DNA of 64,000 nucleotides. It comes from an uncultured bacterium. Its GTDB lineage: Bacteria; Oederibacteriota; Oederibacteriia; Oederibacteriales; Oederibacteriaceae. Below are positions 9,640 to 21,113 of the stretch, in pieces. A model generated the notes under the pieces. It saw only the letters and a program-made list of their open reading frames with translations. It ran no database searches and was not told the DNA's origin. Location of the stretch: the NCBI GenBank assembly GCA_965112635.1, contig OZ218778.1:2784001-2848000 (forward strand), given 5' to 3'. Each line of letters starts with the position of its first letter. Position 1 is the first letter of the stretch. A program made the translations under genes and the position numbers.

Positions 9640-10587
9640 TCAAACCTGGACATTCCGCAGCTGCTCGGCGGCCCACTCTGGCGACATATCTGTGATGAAC
9701 ATGCCCGCCCCGGTCTCGCAGCCCGCGATGAATTTCAACTTGTCCGCGCCGCGATGGAGCGGCAAAAAACTGATGCGAAAATGGTAATAGGGGCGCTCTT
9801 CCCCGTCCGTGGGTGCCGCGTGCTGCAGCATCATATAGGGAAGGGAAAACCCAAATAGCCCGTCATAGCGCCGGGTGATGTCCCTCAATATTTCGTTAAG
9901 GTCCTTGGTTTCTAAAGCATTAAGCTCGATGAGGCTGCCTGCGTGCCTCCTAGGCAGCACCTGCACCTCGTAAGGGTAACGCGCGTACCACGGCACCGAA
10001 GCGACCCAGCTCTGGTTCTCCAAAACCACCCTCACCCCGGCCTCGGACTCGGCCCTGGCCAGTTCACAGCCCAGGCATTTCCCCTTTTTCTTGTGATAAC
10101 CCTTTTGGCTCTCTATCTCTTTATTCATTTTGGGCGGGACATGGCCAAAGGCATAGATCTGGCCGTGCGGGTGCGGGATGGTCGCGCCGATCACCTCGCC
10201 CTTGTTCTCGAAAATGAACACATATTTGATTTCGTTCATCAGGCCCAGCTTTTCGTAACGGTCTTTCCACAGGGCCAGCACCTTATCCACTTGGCTCTCG
10301 GTCAGGGTGGAAAAGGTCTGGGTGTGCTGCTGGGAATACAGAACCACTTCGCATGCCCCAGTGGCCGGAGCTAGGCCAAATAGTTCCGAGGGAGCCTGGC
10401 CTGACTTGGAATCCAGATGCAGGGAAGGAAAATCGTTTTTGACGGATATGGCCTCATATTGGGCCGGTACTTTGGGAGAGCCCGGACAGAATGGGCACTT
10501 CTTTTTAGGCAAGTTGGGCCTGGCCTGGCGGTCTGCCGAGACTGCGACCCACTCTTCGTAAAACGGATGCCAATGCAATTCTGACAA
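9640..10587 (-). CDS. galT: Galactose-1-phosphate uridylyltransferase
   Basis: CPFCPG, FENKG, HPHGQ active site; adjacent to galK. Confidence 0.95.
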   Translation of the reverse strand: MSELHWHPFYEEWVAVSADRQARPNLPKKKCPFCPGSPKVPAQYEAISVKNDFPSLHLDSKSGQAPSELFGLAPATGACEVVLYSQQHTQTFSTLTESQVDKVLALWKDRYEKLGLMNEIKYVFIFENKGEVIGATIPHPHGQIYAFGHVPPKMNKEIESQKGYHKKKGKCLGCELARAESEAGVRVVLENQSWVASVPWYARYPYEVQVLPRRHAGSLIELNALETKDLNEILRDITRRYDGLFGFSLPYMMLQHAAPTDGEERPYYHFRISFLPLHRGADKLKFIAGCETGAGMFITDMSPEWAAEQLRNVQV

Positions 10588-10649
10588 AGATTTACTCCTT
10601 TAAAAGTCTATCTTAACCCACGCTGGTAGATCTCCGCCACCGGTCTTTT

Positions 10650-11306
10650 TCAGCTTTCCTTTTGCTTAAAGAACTCGTTCACCCGGGCCGCGATAAGACG
10701 GTGGACTTTGCTGATGCTCATCCCTTCCACTTCCAGCACAAAAAACCGGTTGGGCTCGGCCTTGGCCAGGGCGAGGTAGCCCTGACGGACCCGCCTGTGG
10801 AAATCTATATCTTCCTGCTCAAACCTGTCGCCCTTGTTCTTTTGGCTCTGTTTTTTCTTTGTTTTGACCGCCCTGACCAAACCCTTGGCCGGGTCTATGT
10901 CCAGCAGGATGGTCAGGTCCGGCTTGACCCCCGCCGTGGTCAGATGGTGCAGCTCGTGCAGGAGCTTGAGGTCAATGCCCCGGCCATAACCCTGGTAAGC
11001 CAGGGTCGCGTCGTGGTGCCGATCGGAAATAACCACATATCCCTGCTGGAGCGCGGGCAGGACCACTTCGCGGACATGCTGGGCCCGGTCCGCCAGCATC
11101 AAAAATAATTCGGCGCTGGGGCACAGATTCTTGGTCTTGTAGGAAAGCAGCACTTCCCTCAATTGCTTGCCGATCTCCGTGCCGCCCGGCTCCTTGGTCG
11201 TCAGGACCGGGTAGCCGTCGTCGTCCAGGTGTTTGGCCAGCAAATCCAATTGCGTGCTCTTGCCGCAACCCTCCGGCCCTTCCAAGGTAATAAAGGAACC
11301 TTTCAT
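10650..11306 (-). CDS. tmk: Thymidylate kinase
   Basis: FITLEGPEGCGKSTQ P-loop, EPGGT, SDR, AYQGYGRG. Confidence 0.97.
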   Translation of the reverse strand: MKGSFITLEGPEGCGKSTQLDLLAKHLDDDGYPVLTTKEPGGTEIGKQLREVLLSYKTKNLCPSAELFLMLADRAQHVREVVLPALQQGYVVISDRHHDATLAYQGYGRGIDLKLLHELHHLTTAGVKPDLTILLDIDPAKGLVRAVKTKKKQSQKNKGDRFEQEDIDFHRRVRQGYLALAKAEPNRFFVLEVEGMSISKVHRLIAARVNEFFKQKES

Positions 11307-12226
11307 GACTCCCTCCTCATCTCTTCTAGAAAATCCTTCATCTCTTTCGGCATCTCCGACTCCAGGGTCAGCCTTTTCCCTGTCCGCGGATGGTTCAAAC
11401 CCAGCCTGGCGGCGTGCAGCATCATCCGCGTCTTGTCCGTCTTGCCCCGGCCGTACATCACATCCCCCCAGACCGGGTGTTTGAGATAGGACAGGTGCAC
11501 CCTGATCTGGTGCGTCCTTCCAGTCTCCAATTTTACCCTAAGGAAGCTCGAAGCGTCACGGGGGAACTGCTCCAAGACCTCGAAATGCGTGACCGCCTCC
11601 CTACCCTTGCCCGGGCTGACCATGAACTTTTTACGGTCATAATGAGCCCGTCCCAAGGAGAGACGGATGGTGGCTTTAACCTCACTGAAAAGGCCGTGCA
11701 CTACAGCCAGATACTCCCTGCTCATTTCCCTGGTCTTAAGCTGTTCCTGAAGGCTGGCATAGGCTTTTTCGGTCTTGGCCACGCATAATAACCCCGAAGT
11801 ATCTTTGTCCAGCCGGTGCACCAGCCCGGGCCGCAGCTTCCCGCCGATGCCCGCCAAATCTTTGCAGTGGTGCACCAGGGCGTTGACCAGCGTGTCCTTG
11901 GGATGCCCGACTGCCGGATGAGTCACCATGCCGCTGGGCTTGTCCACCACGACGATATCCTTGTCCTCATACGCGATGGACAGCTTGATGGCCTGGCCCA
12001 CGACCTCCCACTTTTCCGGCTCAGGTATTTCCACGGACACTTTGTCGCCGGCCTTGACCTTGTCATGCGCTTTAGCCGGAGCACCATTCAAAAGGACATT
12101 GTTTTCTTTAATTAGCCTCTGCGCCTGCTCCCGCGAAAACACTACCTCGCTCTGAGCCACGAACACATCCAGGCGTTTACCAACCATATCCTGGTTAACC
12201 GATAAGAGCTTTTTTACGACAGCCAT
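11303..12226 (-). CDS. rluD: RluA/RluD-family pseudouridine synthase with S4 domain
   Basis: S4 domain, VVDKPSGM, VHRLDKDTSG, ETGRTHQIRVH. Confidence 0.92.
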   Translation of the reverse strand: MAVVKKLLSVNQDMVGKRLDVFVAQSEVVFSREQAQRLIKENNVLLNGAPAKAHDKVKAGDKVSVEIPEPEKWEVVGQAIKLSIAYEDKDIVVVDKPSGMVTHPAVGHPKDTLVNALVHHCKDLAGIGGKLRPGLVHRLDKDTSGLLCVAKTEKAYASLQEQLKTREMSREYLAVVHGLFSEVKATIRLSLGRAHYDRKKFMVSPGKGREAVTHFEVLEQFPRDASSFLRVKLETGRTHQIRVHLSYLKHPVWGDVMYGRGKTDKTRMMLHAARLGLNHPRTGKRLTLESEMPKEMKDFLEEMRRES

Positions 12227-12246
12227 TTTTTACCGCCCGGACCTTT

Positions 12247-13023
12247 TTACGCTTTCCGCGCTTTTTTCCCAAAAACGATTAGCATCACCACAGCCAATGG
12301 CACCAGCACTAGACTTATCCACTGGGAAGGAGACACCCACCCGACCATAGCACCCCGGTCATCGCCCCTTAAAAATTCCAGGAGGAACCTGAGGACCCCG
12401 TAAAGCACCACATAGCCCCAGATAAGCTGGCCGTCAAAGGATTTGCGTTTTTCCTTCCACAGGAGCAAGGCGAAGATGAGGAGGCAGCCAAGGGACTCAT
12501 AGATCTGCGTGGGATGCAACGGGACCGCCCCGTATTGCAAACAAGGGTCAGACCCTGTTGGATAGACCAGGCCCGGCAAAAAATTAGAACGCACCGGCCC
12601 GCCGTAGCAGCACCCGTTGAAAAAACACGCCCACCGGCCAATGGCCTGGCCCAAAGCAATGGCCGGCGCCAAAATATCGCCGGTCTTCCAGGTGTTCATC
12701 TTGCGGCTCCACAGGAAATACAGGGTCGCCAAAAACCCCCCGATGAACCCGCCGTAGTACACGAACCCGCTATAGGGCGGGATGATGATCTTCCAGAGAT
12801 TGTCCCGGAAATAGCCCCACTCCAGGCATACATACAGCAGCCTTGCCCCGACCAACCCGGAGATCATGATCCAGATGCCCAGGTCCACGATCTTGTCCGG
12901 GTCTTCGCCCTGAGACTTGGCAATGCGGCTGGCCAGCAGGATGGCCGCCAAAAATGCCAGGGCAATAAAAAAACCGTAGCTGGGGATGCTCAAAGGTCCG
13001 AGCTTCAACAGGGTGGGGAACAC
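12247..13023 (-). CDS. lgt: Prolipoprotein diacylglyceryl transferase
   Basis: GARLLY, YGGFIGG, QAIGRW, HPTQIYE, RFLLEFLR. Confidence 0.96.
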   Translation of the reverse strand: MFPTLLKLGPLSIPSYGFFIALAFLAAILLASRIAKSQGEDPDKIVDLGIWIMISGLVGARLLYVCLEWGYFRDNLWKIIIPPYSGFVYYGGFIGGFLATLYFLWSRKMNTWKTGDILAPAIALGQAIGRWACFFNGCCYGGPVRSNFLPGLVYPTGSDPCLQYGAVPLHPTQIYESLGCLLIFALLLWKEKRKSFDGQLIWGYVVLYGVLRFLLEFLRGDDRGAMVGWVSPSQWISLVLVPLAVVMLIVFGKKARKA

Positions 13024-13024
13024 C

Positions 13025-13510
13025 TCAGGCTCTCCTTTTCTTCTTTTTGGTGCCCGTGAAAAACATGAAATAAACTACGACCAGGCAGATCCCGACCGTG
13101 ATAGCCGAGTCCGCGACGTTAAAAATATACCACCGCCAGCTGCCACACCCGAAATCCAAAAAGTCCACGACCTGGCCGGACAGCCTGAGCCTGTCCAAAA
13201 GATTGCCAAAAGCCCCGCCCAAAATAAGCCCCAGGGAAAGTCTTACCCGCCAGTCCCTGGGCCATTGCCGGGACGAGACGAGAATGAGGACGATGGCGGT
13301 AAAGGAGAGCAGGACCAGCAGCACCTGCTGGAACGGGAAAAAAGAGCCGGCCATGATGCCGAACGCCGCCCCGCGGTTGCCGATGTAGGTCAGCTGGAAA
13401 AAGTTAGGGATGACCGTGATGGTCTCCCCGAAGTGCATGAAGTGCCTGACCAGGAATTTGCTGGCCTGGTCCACCACAAAGACCGACAGGGCTGTCCAGA
13501 AAATTAGAAT
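13025..13510 (-). CDS. lspA: Signal peptidase II, probable ATT start
   Basis: DQASK, NRGAAFG, GAFGNLLDR, VVDF, FNVAD. The frame extends upstream of the GTG at 13477 to an ATT at 13510 that follows GAGGAGG. Confidence 0.93.
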   Translation of the reverse strand: MLIFWTALSVFVVDQASKFLVRHFMHFGETITVIPNFFQLTYIGNRGAAFGIMAGSFFPFQQVLLVLLSFTAIVLILVSSRQWPRDWRVRLSLGLILGGAFGNLLDRLRLSGQVVDFLDFGCGSWRWYIFNVADSAITVGICLVVVYFMFFTGTKKKKRRA

Positions 13511-13541
13511 ATGGCCTCCTCGTTCCTGTCAAACCTGGATT

Positions 13542-13886
13542 TTAATGTTTTTTCACGACCAGATGGGTGATATATCCTACAAAATCCTCGAACCTTTGTC
13601 CGACCCAGGGTAATCCGCCCAAAAAATGGATCAAGATACCGACAAGTGCCACCACAACTGCCAGGGCAACCGCCCCGACCAGTCCCCCGCCCAGGAGCAG
13701 GCCGACCCCGCGGGCCATGCCGGAAATAAAATTTGTCCAGATAAGTCGTTTAGGCTTGCCGATCAGGTCCAGGTAATCCTGCATCTCTTTTTTGTCCAGA
13801 TGGGTGGCCAGCCTGTCGATGCTTTTCTGCAATAAACTTATTTTTACCGAAAGATCTTGCTCCTTATCCTCGTGTTCCCCCGCCAT
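13542..13886 (-). CDS. DUF5665-like membrane protein
   Basis: ATG 13886 after GGAGG; DYLDLIGKPKRLIWTNFISGMARGVG followed by a hydrophobic stretch. Confidence 0.7.
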   Translation of the reverse strand: MAGEHEDKEQDLSVKISLLQKSIDRLATHLDKKEMQDYLDLIGKPKRLIWTNFISGMARGVGLLLGGGLVGAVALAVVVALVGILIHFLGGLPWVGQRFEDFVGYITHLVVKKH

Positions 13887-13897
13887 CAAAAACCTCC

Positions 13898-16699
13898 TCA
13901 ACCGATATGCTTGACGCAGCGTTCGCACAGTTCCGGGTGCCGGGCATCCTGTCCGACCTTTTCGCTGTAGTTCCAGCAGCGACCGCACTTCTGGCCCTTG
14001 GCCTTGGTCACGCTGACCGCCATATCTTTGACCTCGCCCTGGAACGCCCCCTGCCCGGTCTGGCCATCCTTGGCCAGCTCCACTTGGGACACGATGAAGA
14101 GCATGGGGAGGTCCTGCTCCAGTTGTTTTAATAGGTCAAGAGTTTCGCCTGCCTTGACCCCCAGGGTCACCCGCGCCTCCAGGCCCGTGCCGATGGTCTT
14201 GGCTTGCCGGGCGATTTCCAGCGTTTTGGACACGTCGCTTTTGACAGCGATGAGCTTTTGCCATTTCTGCCACAGCCCTTCGTTCTCCCACTCCTTGGGG
14301 GCCGCAGGCCAGCCGCTCAAATGCACGCTCTCCGCTTCTTTCATGAGCAGAGGGCTGTTCTGCCACACCTCTTCAGCGGTAAAGGAAAGCACCGGCGCCA
14401 TGGTCTTGGTCAGCACCTGGAGAATGGCGTAAAGCACGGTCTGGGCCGACCGCCTTTCCCTGGAATCCCCGGGGAAGGTATAAAGCCTGTCCTTTAAAAT
14501 ATCGAAGTAAAAAGCGCTTAAATTGACGCTGCAATACTGGTGCAGCCGCTGGTAGAACTTGTAAAAATCAAAGGCTTCGAAGTTGGCCGTGGCGTCCTTG
14601 AGGTAAAGGGCCAGTTCATGCAGGGCGAATCGGTCTATTTCCAGGAGGCTGGCATAGGGGACCGTGTGCCTGTCCGGCTCAAAGCCGTGCAGGTTGCCCA
14701 GGATGTAACGGCAGGTGTTGCGCAGCCTGCGGTAGGCGTCGGTCAGCCTCTGCAGGATCTCTTCGGACAGCCGCACGTCCTCCTGGTAGTTCTCGGATGC
14801 CACCCACAGCCTCAGGATATCGGCCCCGTACTTGCCCGTGATCTCCTGGGGCGCCATGGCGTTGCCCGCGGACTTGTGCATGGCCAAACCCTTGCCGTCC
14901 AGCACCCAGCCGTGCGTCAGCACGGAGCGGTAGGGCGCCGTGCCTTTGGTCGCGCAGCTGGTGATGAGCGAATACTGGAACCAGCAGCGGTGCTGGTCGC
15001 TCCCCTCCAGATACAGGTCCGCGGGGAAGGTCAGGCCGAACTTTTCGTTGAGGACCGCCGCGTGGGAGAGCCCCGAGTCGAACCACACGTCCAAAATGTC
15101 CTTTTCCTTCTGGAAAGAGGTGGAGCCGCATTTGGTGCACTTGCATCCGGCCGGCATGAGCTGGGAGGCCTCCTCGATGAACCAGGCATCCGCCCCGTTC
15201 TTCTTGACCTCTTCCACGATCTTCTTGAAGGTCGCCTCGCTGTAAAAAGTCTCCCCGCACTTGGAGCAGTAAAAGAGCGGCAGGGGCACTCCCCAGTAAC
15301 GCTGCCGGGAAATGCACCAGTCCGGCCTCATCTCCACCATGGCCGTGATGCGGCGCTCGGCCGCGGCCGGGAACCATTTCACCTTGGTGATGCTCTCGAC
15401 CATCTTTTTGCGCAGGTCCTTGTGGTCTATCTTGAGGAACCACTGCCGGGTGGCCCGGTAGACCACCGGGTTCTTGCACCGCCAGCAGTGCGGGTAGGTG
15501 TGGTTGAGCTTGCCCTCGCTGACCAAATTGCCCTTTTCCTTGAGGATGCGGATCACTTCGGGGTTGGCGTCGAACACGAACTTGCCCAGCAGGCCGAAAT
15601 TCTTGAGCTGCGGCTCCTCGTCCGTGAACCTGCCCTTGTTGTCCACCGGCGACAGGATGGGAAGTTTGTACCGGACGCCCGTGTGGTAGTCCTCTTCGCC
15701 GTGCCCCGGGGCCGTATGCACGCAGCCCGTGCCGTCCTCTTTGGTCACATAGGTGGCCAGGACGCCCCGGGAATCTTTTTGCAGGAAAGGATGCTCCAAA
15801 ACGCAACCCTCCAAAAGGCCGCCCTTGGCCGTGCCGATCTCCTTGCCCTTGAAAAGCCCTTGTTCCATAAGGGGATTGACACGGTCTTTGACCAGGACGA
15901 GGACCTCCGTATCGGTCTCCACGGCGGAATACTCAAAATCGGGATGGAAGGCCACGGCCACGTTGGCCGGAAGGGTCCACGGGGTCGTGGTCCAGATGAG
16001 CACATAGACCGGTTTGTCCGGAAGCTTGGGGAAGGCCTTGGCCAGGCCGGACTTGGCCTTGAACCTGACATAGATGGAAGCCGACTCGTGGTCGTGGTAC
16101 TCCACCTCGGCGTCAGCCAAAGCCGTCTCGCACGAGGCGCACCAGTAAACGGGCTTGAAGCCCCGGGTCACGTAACCCTGTAGGACCAGCTGGCCGAACA
16201 CTTCTATTATTTTCGCCTCGTATTCGTAGTCCATGGTGATGTAGGCGTGGTCCCAGTCCCCGAAAACGCCCAGGTCCCGGAACTGCTTCTTCTGCACATC
16301 CACGAACTTCTGGGCGTACTGCCGGCACTCCTTGCGGAACTTCTCCGGGTTGGCCGCCGCGTAGTCCTTGGGTTTGTCCTTGGCCAGCTGGTGTTCGATG
16401 GGCAGGCCGTGGCAGTCCCATCCCGGCACGTAGGGCGCGTCCATCCCGGCCTGGGACTTGTATTTGACGATGAAGTCTTTGAGGACCTTGTTGAGGGCCG
16501 TGCCCATGTGGATGTCGCCGTTGGCGTAAGGCGGGCCGTCGTGCAAAAGGTAGGTCGGCCTCCCCTGCCGCAGCTGGCGCAGCTTAAGGTAGGTCCCCTG
16601 GTCTTCCCAGAACTTGAGCCACTTGGGCCCCTGCTTGGCCAGGTCCCCTTTCATGGGAAAGGACGTTTCGGGTAAATTTAAAGTGTCTTTGTATGCCAT
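13898..16699 (-). CDS. ileS: Isoleucyl-tRNA synthetase (type 1)
   Basis: Starts [10 protein letters not shown]; [42 protein letters not shown]-terminal CxxC..CxxC zinc finger. Confidence 0.97.
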   Translation of the reverse strand: MAYKDTLNLPETSFPMKGDLAKQGPKWLKFWEDQGTYLKLRQLRQGRPTYLLHDGPPYANGDIHMGTALNKVLKDFIVKYKSQAGMDAPYVPGWDCHGLPIEHQLAKDKPKDYAAANPEKFRKECRQYAQKFVDVQKKQFRDLGVFGDWDHAYITMDYEYEAKIIEVFGQLVLQGYVTRGFKPVYWCASCETALADAEVEYHDHESASIYVRFKAKSGLAKAFPKLPDKPVYVLIWTTTPWTLPANVAVAFHPDFEYSAVETDTEVLVLVKDRVNPLMEQGLFKGKEIGTAKGGLLEGCVLEHPFLQKDSRGVLATYVTKEDGTGCVHTAPGHGEEDYHTGVRYKLPILSPVDNKGRFTDEEPQLKNFGLLGKFVFDANPEVIRILKEKGNLVSEGKLNHTYPHCWRCKNPVVYRATRQWFLKIDHKDLRKKMVESITKVKWFPAAAERRITAMVEMRPDWCISRQRYWGVPLPLFYCSKCGETFYSEATFKKIVEEVKKNGADAWFIEEASQLMPAGCKCTKCGSTSFQKEKDILDVWFDSGLSHAAVLNEKFGLTFPADLYLEGSDQHRCWFQYSLITSCATKGTAPYRSVLTHGWVLDGKGLAMHKSAGNAMAPQEITGKYGADILRLWVASENYQEDVRLSEEILQRLTDAYRRLRNTCRYILGNLHGFEPDRHTVPYASLLEIDRFALHELALYLKDATANFEAFDFYKFYQRLHQYCSVNLSAFYFDILKDRLYTFPGDSRERRSAQTVLYAILQVLTKTMAPVLSFTAEEVWQNSPLLMKEAESVHLSGWPAAPKEWENEGLWQKWQKLIAVKSDVSKTLEIARQAKTIGTGLEARVTLGVKAGETLDLLKQLEQDLPMLFIVSQVELAKDGQTGQGAFQGEVKDMAVSVTKAKGQKCGRCWNYSEKVGQDARHPELCERCVKHIG

Positions 16700-16756
16700 C
16701 GCTTGGTCTCTTTTCGGCTCCCTGTCAGTATCCGGATCCCCCAAAAGGGTGTCCGC

Positions 16757-17809
<1,053 letters not shown>

Positions 17810-17833
17810 GCTGTCCTCCTCTGGACTTTTAGA

Positions 17834-18691
17834 TTAAACTTTTACTTTTTGAACGACCAGCCGCATCAGCTTGGTGAGCTTGGGCTCGGTCTGCATGGCG
17901 ATGCGGATGATGGTCGGCACGTCCGCCGCTTTCAGGTTCTCCGGAACGCATTCGTCGGTCACCACCGAGATGCCCAGGACCCGCATCCCGCTGTGCCTCG
18001 CCACGATCACCTCGGGCACCGTGGACATCCCGATCACGTCCGCGCCGATGGTGCGCAGGAACCGGTATTCCGCGGCGGTCTCCAGGCTGGGCCCGGTCAT
18101 GGCCGCGTAAACTCCCGTGTGGCACCGTATCTTCTGCTCCTGGGCGATCTTAGCGGCCAGCTGGATAAGGGCCGGGTCGTAGGTCCCGAACATGTCCAGG
18201 AACCTGGGCCCCAGACCGTTATCATTGGGGCCGATCAAGGGGTTGTCGCCCAACAGGTTGATGTGGTCGCTGATGACCATCAGGTCGCCGGGACGGTAGA
18301 GCCCGTTGATGCCCCCGCAGGCATTGGAGACCAGCAGGACCTTGGCGCCGAGAGCTTTCATCACCCGCACCGGGAAAGTGACCTGCTGGAGAGTGTAACC
18401 CTCGTAACGGTGGAAGCGGCCCTCCATGGCCACGACCTTTTTACCGGCCAGTTTGCCCAAAGCCAGCTGGCCTGTATGGGTCTCCACGGTGGATAAGGGG
18501 AAATGGGGGATGTTCTTGTAAGGGATGACGGTTTTTGACTTGATTTCCTTGGCCAAAGCGCCCAAACCCGTACCCAGGATGATGGCGATATCAGGCTTGG
18601 ATCTGGAATACTGCCGGATGGTTTCGCAGGCTTCCTGTATCTGTTGCTTTAACAAATACCATACCTCCTCGGTGCGTTTTGGAGTAAACAC
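17834..18691 (-). CDS. Purine nucleoside phosphorylase (trimeric type)
   Basis: ILGTGLG, GRFHRYEG, GPSLETAAE, GMSTVPE; adjacent to mtnA. Confidence 0.93.
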   Translation of the reverse strand: MFTPKRTEEVWYLLKQQIQEACETIRQYSRSKPDIAIILGTGLGALAKEIKSKTVIPYKNIPHFPLSTVETHTGQLALGKLAGKKVVAMEGRFHRYEGYTLQQVTFPVRVMKALGAKVLLVSNACGGINGLYRPGDLMVISDHINLLGDNPLIGPNDNGLGPRFLDMFGTYDPALIQLAAKIAQEQKIRCHTGVYAAMTGPSLETAAEYRFLRTIGADVIGMSTVPEVIVARHSGMRVLGISVVTDECVPENLKAADVPTIIRIAMQTEPKLTKLMRLVVQKVKV

Positions 18692-18785
18692 TTTAACACA
18701 ACGAGGTTATTCCCTCAACCCCGTATCCAAATCGTTGTTTTCCCCTTGTAAAACAAGGAGGAAGGCTGGGGCTTAAAACCCGGAT

Positions 18786-19097
18786 TTACCTCTGCCAGAG
18801 CAGGGTGTAGCTGGAAAGCCAGAATAGGAGGGGCGAGAGGTACCTGACGCACAGGAAGCACAGCGCCAGGGCAATGATGGGGCAAAGCAGGCTGGAATCG
18901 AACTGCCCGATGAACCTGTCCACGAACTTTTTGACCAGGTTGACGAACCAGTCGCTCCACCCGGCCCATTTCCTGAACAGCCGCATCCTGTGGGAAGGCA
19001 CGAAGAACAGGAGGACCTTCAAGAGGATGAGGAGGAACAGGATGGTAAAGAGCGTGTCGAACGCCCACACGATGCCGGAGAGGATCCAGTGCAGCAA
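18786..19097 (-). CDS. Divergent YggT-like membrane protein
   Basis: TTG start at 19097 after GGAGG. Two hydrophobic segments with a ...QFDSS..PIIAL motif; directly downstream of proC. Confidence 0.55.
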   Translation of the reverse strand: MLHWILSGIVWAFDTLFTILFLLILLKVLLFFVPSHRMRLFRKWAGWSDWFVNLVKKFVDRFIGQFDSSLLCPIIALALCFLCVRYLSPLLFWLSSYTLLWQR

Positions 19098-19098
19098 G

Positions 19099-19911
19099 TT
19101 AACCTCCGGAAAGCTGGCGCGACCGGCGCCAGGCCGCCGCGAGGGCCTGCTGGACGATTGTCTTGAACTTCTTGCTCTCAAAAACCTCCAAGGCCGCCTG
19201 GGTCGTGCCGCCTTTGGAGGTCACCTTTTGCCGTAAAACCGCCGGGTCCTCCCCGGTTTGCCGGGCCAGGACACTGGCTCCTCCCACGGTCTGCAGGGCC
19301 AGCGCCAAACTGGTCTCTCGGCCTAAACCCAGCTTGGCTCCTGCCTCCTGCAAAGCCTCCAGTAACAGGAATACATAGGCCGGCCCGCTGCCGCTCAGGG
19401 CCGTGACCGCGTCCAGCTGCTTTTCCGGCAAACAGAGCGCCTTGCCCACGGCCTGGAAAAGGCCCAGGGCCATTTGCTCCTGCTTCCTGCCGGCGTATCT
19501 TCCCCTGCTGATGACCGACATGGCCTCTCCGACCAGGGCCGGGGTGTTGGGCATGACCCGGATAAGAGGCACTTTGGCCACGAACTGTTTTTGGAGCCTG
19601 TCGAGCCGCACTCCGGCTGCAATGGAAACGACCGTCTGCCCGGCTTCGACCACGTCGCCTATCTCACCAAGCACAGCGTCCATCATCTGGGGCTTGACGC
19701 ACAGCACAATGACCTTGGCCTTGAGGCAAACCTCGATATTGGTGGAGCAGGCCTGGATGCCGCTCTTGTTCGCCAGCTTCTTGACCTTAAGCCTGTCCAC
19801 ATCGCTGGCCAAAACTTGGCTGGGCTTGGCCCATTTGGCCTTTAAAATGCCTTTGATCAAGGCCTCAGCCATATTGCCCGCGCCGATAAACCCTATCTTG
19901 CCTTGGAACAT
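19099..19911 (-). CDS. proC: Pyrroline-5-carboxylate reductase
   Basis: IGAGNM, RVMPNTP, ALSGSGPAY, VTSKGGTT. Confidence 0.97.
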   Translation of the reverse strand: MFQGKIGFIGAGNMAEALIKGILKAKWAKPSQVLASDVDRLKVKKLANKSGIQACSTNIEVCLKAKVIVLCVKPQMMDAVLGEIGDVVEAGQTVVSIAAGVRLDRLQKQFVAKVPLIRVMPNTPALVGEAMSVISRGRYAGRKQEQMALGLFQAVGKALCLPEKQLDAVTALSGSGPAYVFLLLEALQEAGAKLGLGRETSLALALQTVGGASVLARQTGEDPAVLRQKVTSKGGTTQAALEVFESKKFKTIVQQALAAAWRRSRQLSGG

Positions 19912-19941
19912 CTCAAAACTCCTTCTTTAATAGATGGCTCC

Positions 19942-21057
19942 CTAGATCCCCAATTCCTTTTCCATGGCTTTGGCCTGCTCCGGCGATTCCGCGTTGGTGG
20001 AAAGGAACAGTCCGGCCTTGTTGAACCGCTTGGTGAAACCGACCACATCCTTGGCCGGCAGGTTGATGACGATCCGCTTATTTCCCTTTTGGATACGGTC
20101 ATAAAGGGGATACCATTCCGGGTCCTCGCACTGGGGCTTGTTCGCTCCGGGCACCCACTGGATGGCGTCCAGTTCCGGGATGGCCAGCAAAAGGTCCAGG
20201 TGCGGGATCTCGCCGACCCCGTCCCAGTGGTAAACGCTGTTCTGCAGATACTGGCACTGGTCCCTCAGGATGGGAGCGATGAGCTTTTCAAAATGCCTGG
20301 GCGAGATCATGTAGGAAAAATCAGCCTGCAAAGGATACCACCGCTGGGGCGCCCACAGGCCCATCCAGGCCGAGCTGCCGTCGTTGCCTTCGGCCTGGTG
20401 GAGCTGGTAAAGCTCCTCGTAGGCCTGCTTCCACAGCTTGTTGATATGCCAGCACGCCTCCAAAACCAGGTCAGTCTCCGCGGCCACGTCCTCGATGAGC
20501 TGGAGGCTGGTGCGCAGGGACGCCAGGATGTCGATATTGCCCCCCAGGTCCGGGATACCCACATGGTAGCGGTCTTTCCTGTTACGCAGGAGTATCTTGG
20601 TCATCTCCAGCGTCCTTTTCCACCAGATGTTCTCCGGGTCCAGTTTGAGGGACATGATCTTGTCCCAGGCCATGGGCTCGGAGAGCTCGAACCAGCTGGT
20701 GTCGCCTTCCTTGCTGAACTTGAGGAAACCGGTCAGGCAGGCCGCCAAAGAGCCCGGCCCGAAATTGACGAAGAAATAGGGGTAGGCGTGCCCAAAAAAC
20801 TCCTCGTTATCAAAATGGCGGTCGTAACTTTCCAAAAGCTCATTGATCCGGCTCATATCGGTCTGTCCCGACCCGGTCAGCCACTGCATCGTCCACCACC
20901 AGGGGTCCTGGCCCTTCATCCAGTCGTACTTTTTCTGGGGTGCGGCATTGGCCTTGCGGTAGTTGATCTCCACCACCGGGCTGCCATGGGGGGTTTTCCA
21001 GTAATTAAGGAACCCCTGCTTGGCCCGTTTCCCGTTCCTCAGCTCTTCGAATTTCAT
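19942..21057 (-). CDS. URO-D/methyltransferase-like TIM-barrel protein, paralogue 1
   Basis: NFGPGSLAA, DLGG..DILASLR, LQADFSYMISP, YHWDG, HLDLLL, IQWVPGA. Confidence 0.7.
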   Translation of the reverse strand: MKFEELRNGKRAKQGFLNYWKTPHGSPVVEINYRKANAAPQKKYDWMKGQDPWWWTMQWLTGSGQTDMSRINELLESYDRHFDNEEFFGHAYPYFFVNFGPGSLAACLTGFLKFSKEGDTSWFELSEPMAWDKIMSLKLDPENIWWKRTLEMTKILLRNRKDRYHVGIPDLGGNIDILASLRTSLQLIEDVAAETDLVLEACWHINKLWKQAYEELYQLHQAEGNDGSSAWMGLWAPQRWYPLQADFSYMISPRHFEKLIAPILRDQCQYLQNSVYHWDGVGEIPHLDLLLAIPELDAIQWVPGANKPQCEDPEWYPLYDRIQKGNKRIVINLPAKDVVGFTKRFNKAGLFLSTNAESPEQAKAMEKELGI

Positions 21058-21113
21058 TTATGCCTCCCTGGATCACGAATCAAAGAAATATTGCACAACA
21101 CTCTAACACACCC

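Noticed and set aside
14870-14890. IleRS KMSKS replaced by AMHKS, and HIGH by HMGT
   Set aside because: Within the variation I recall for bacterial IleRS; the rest of the enzyme is canonical.
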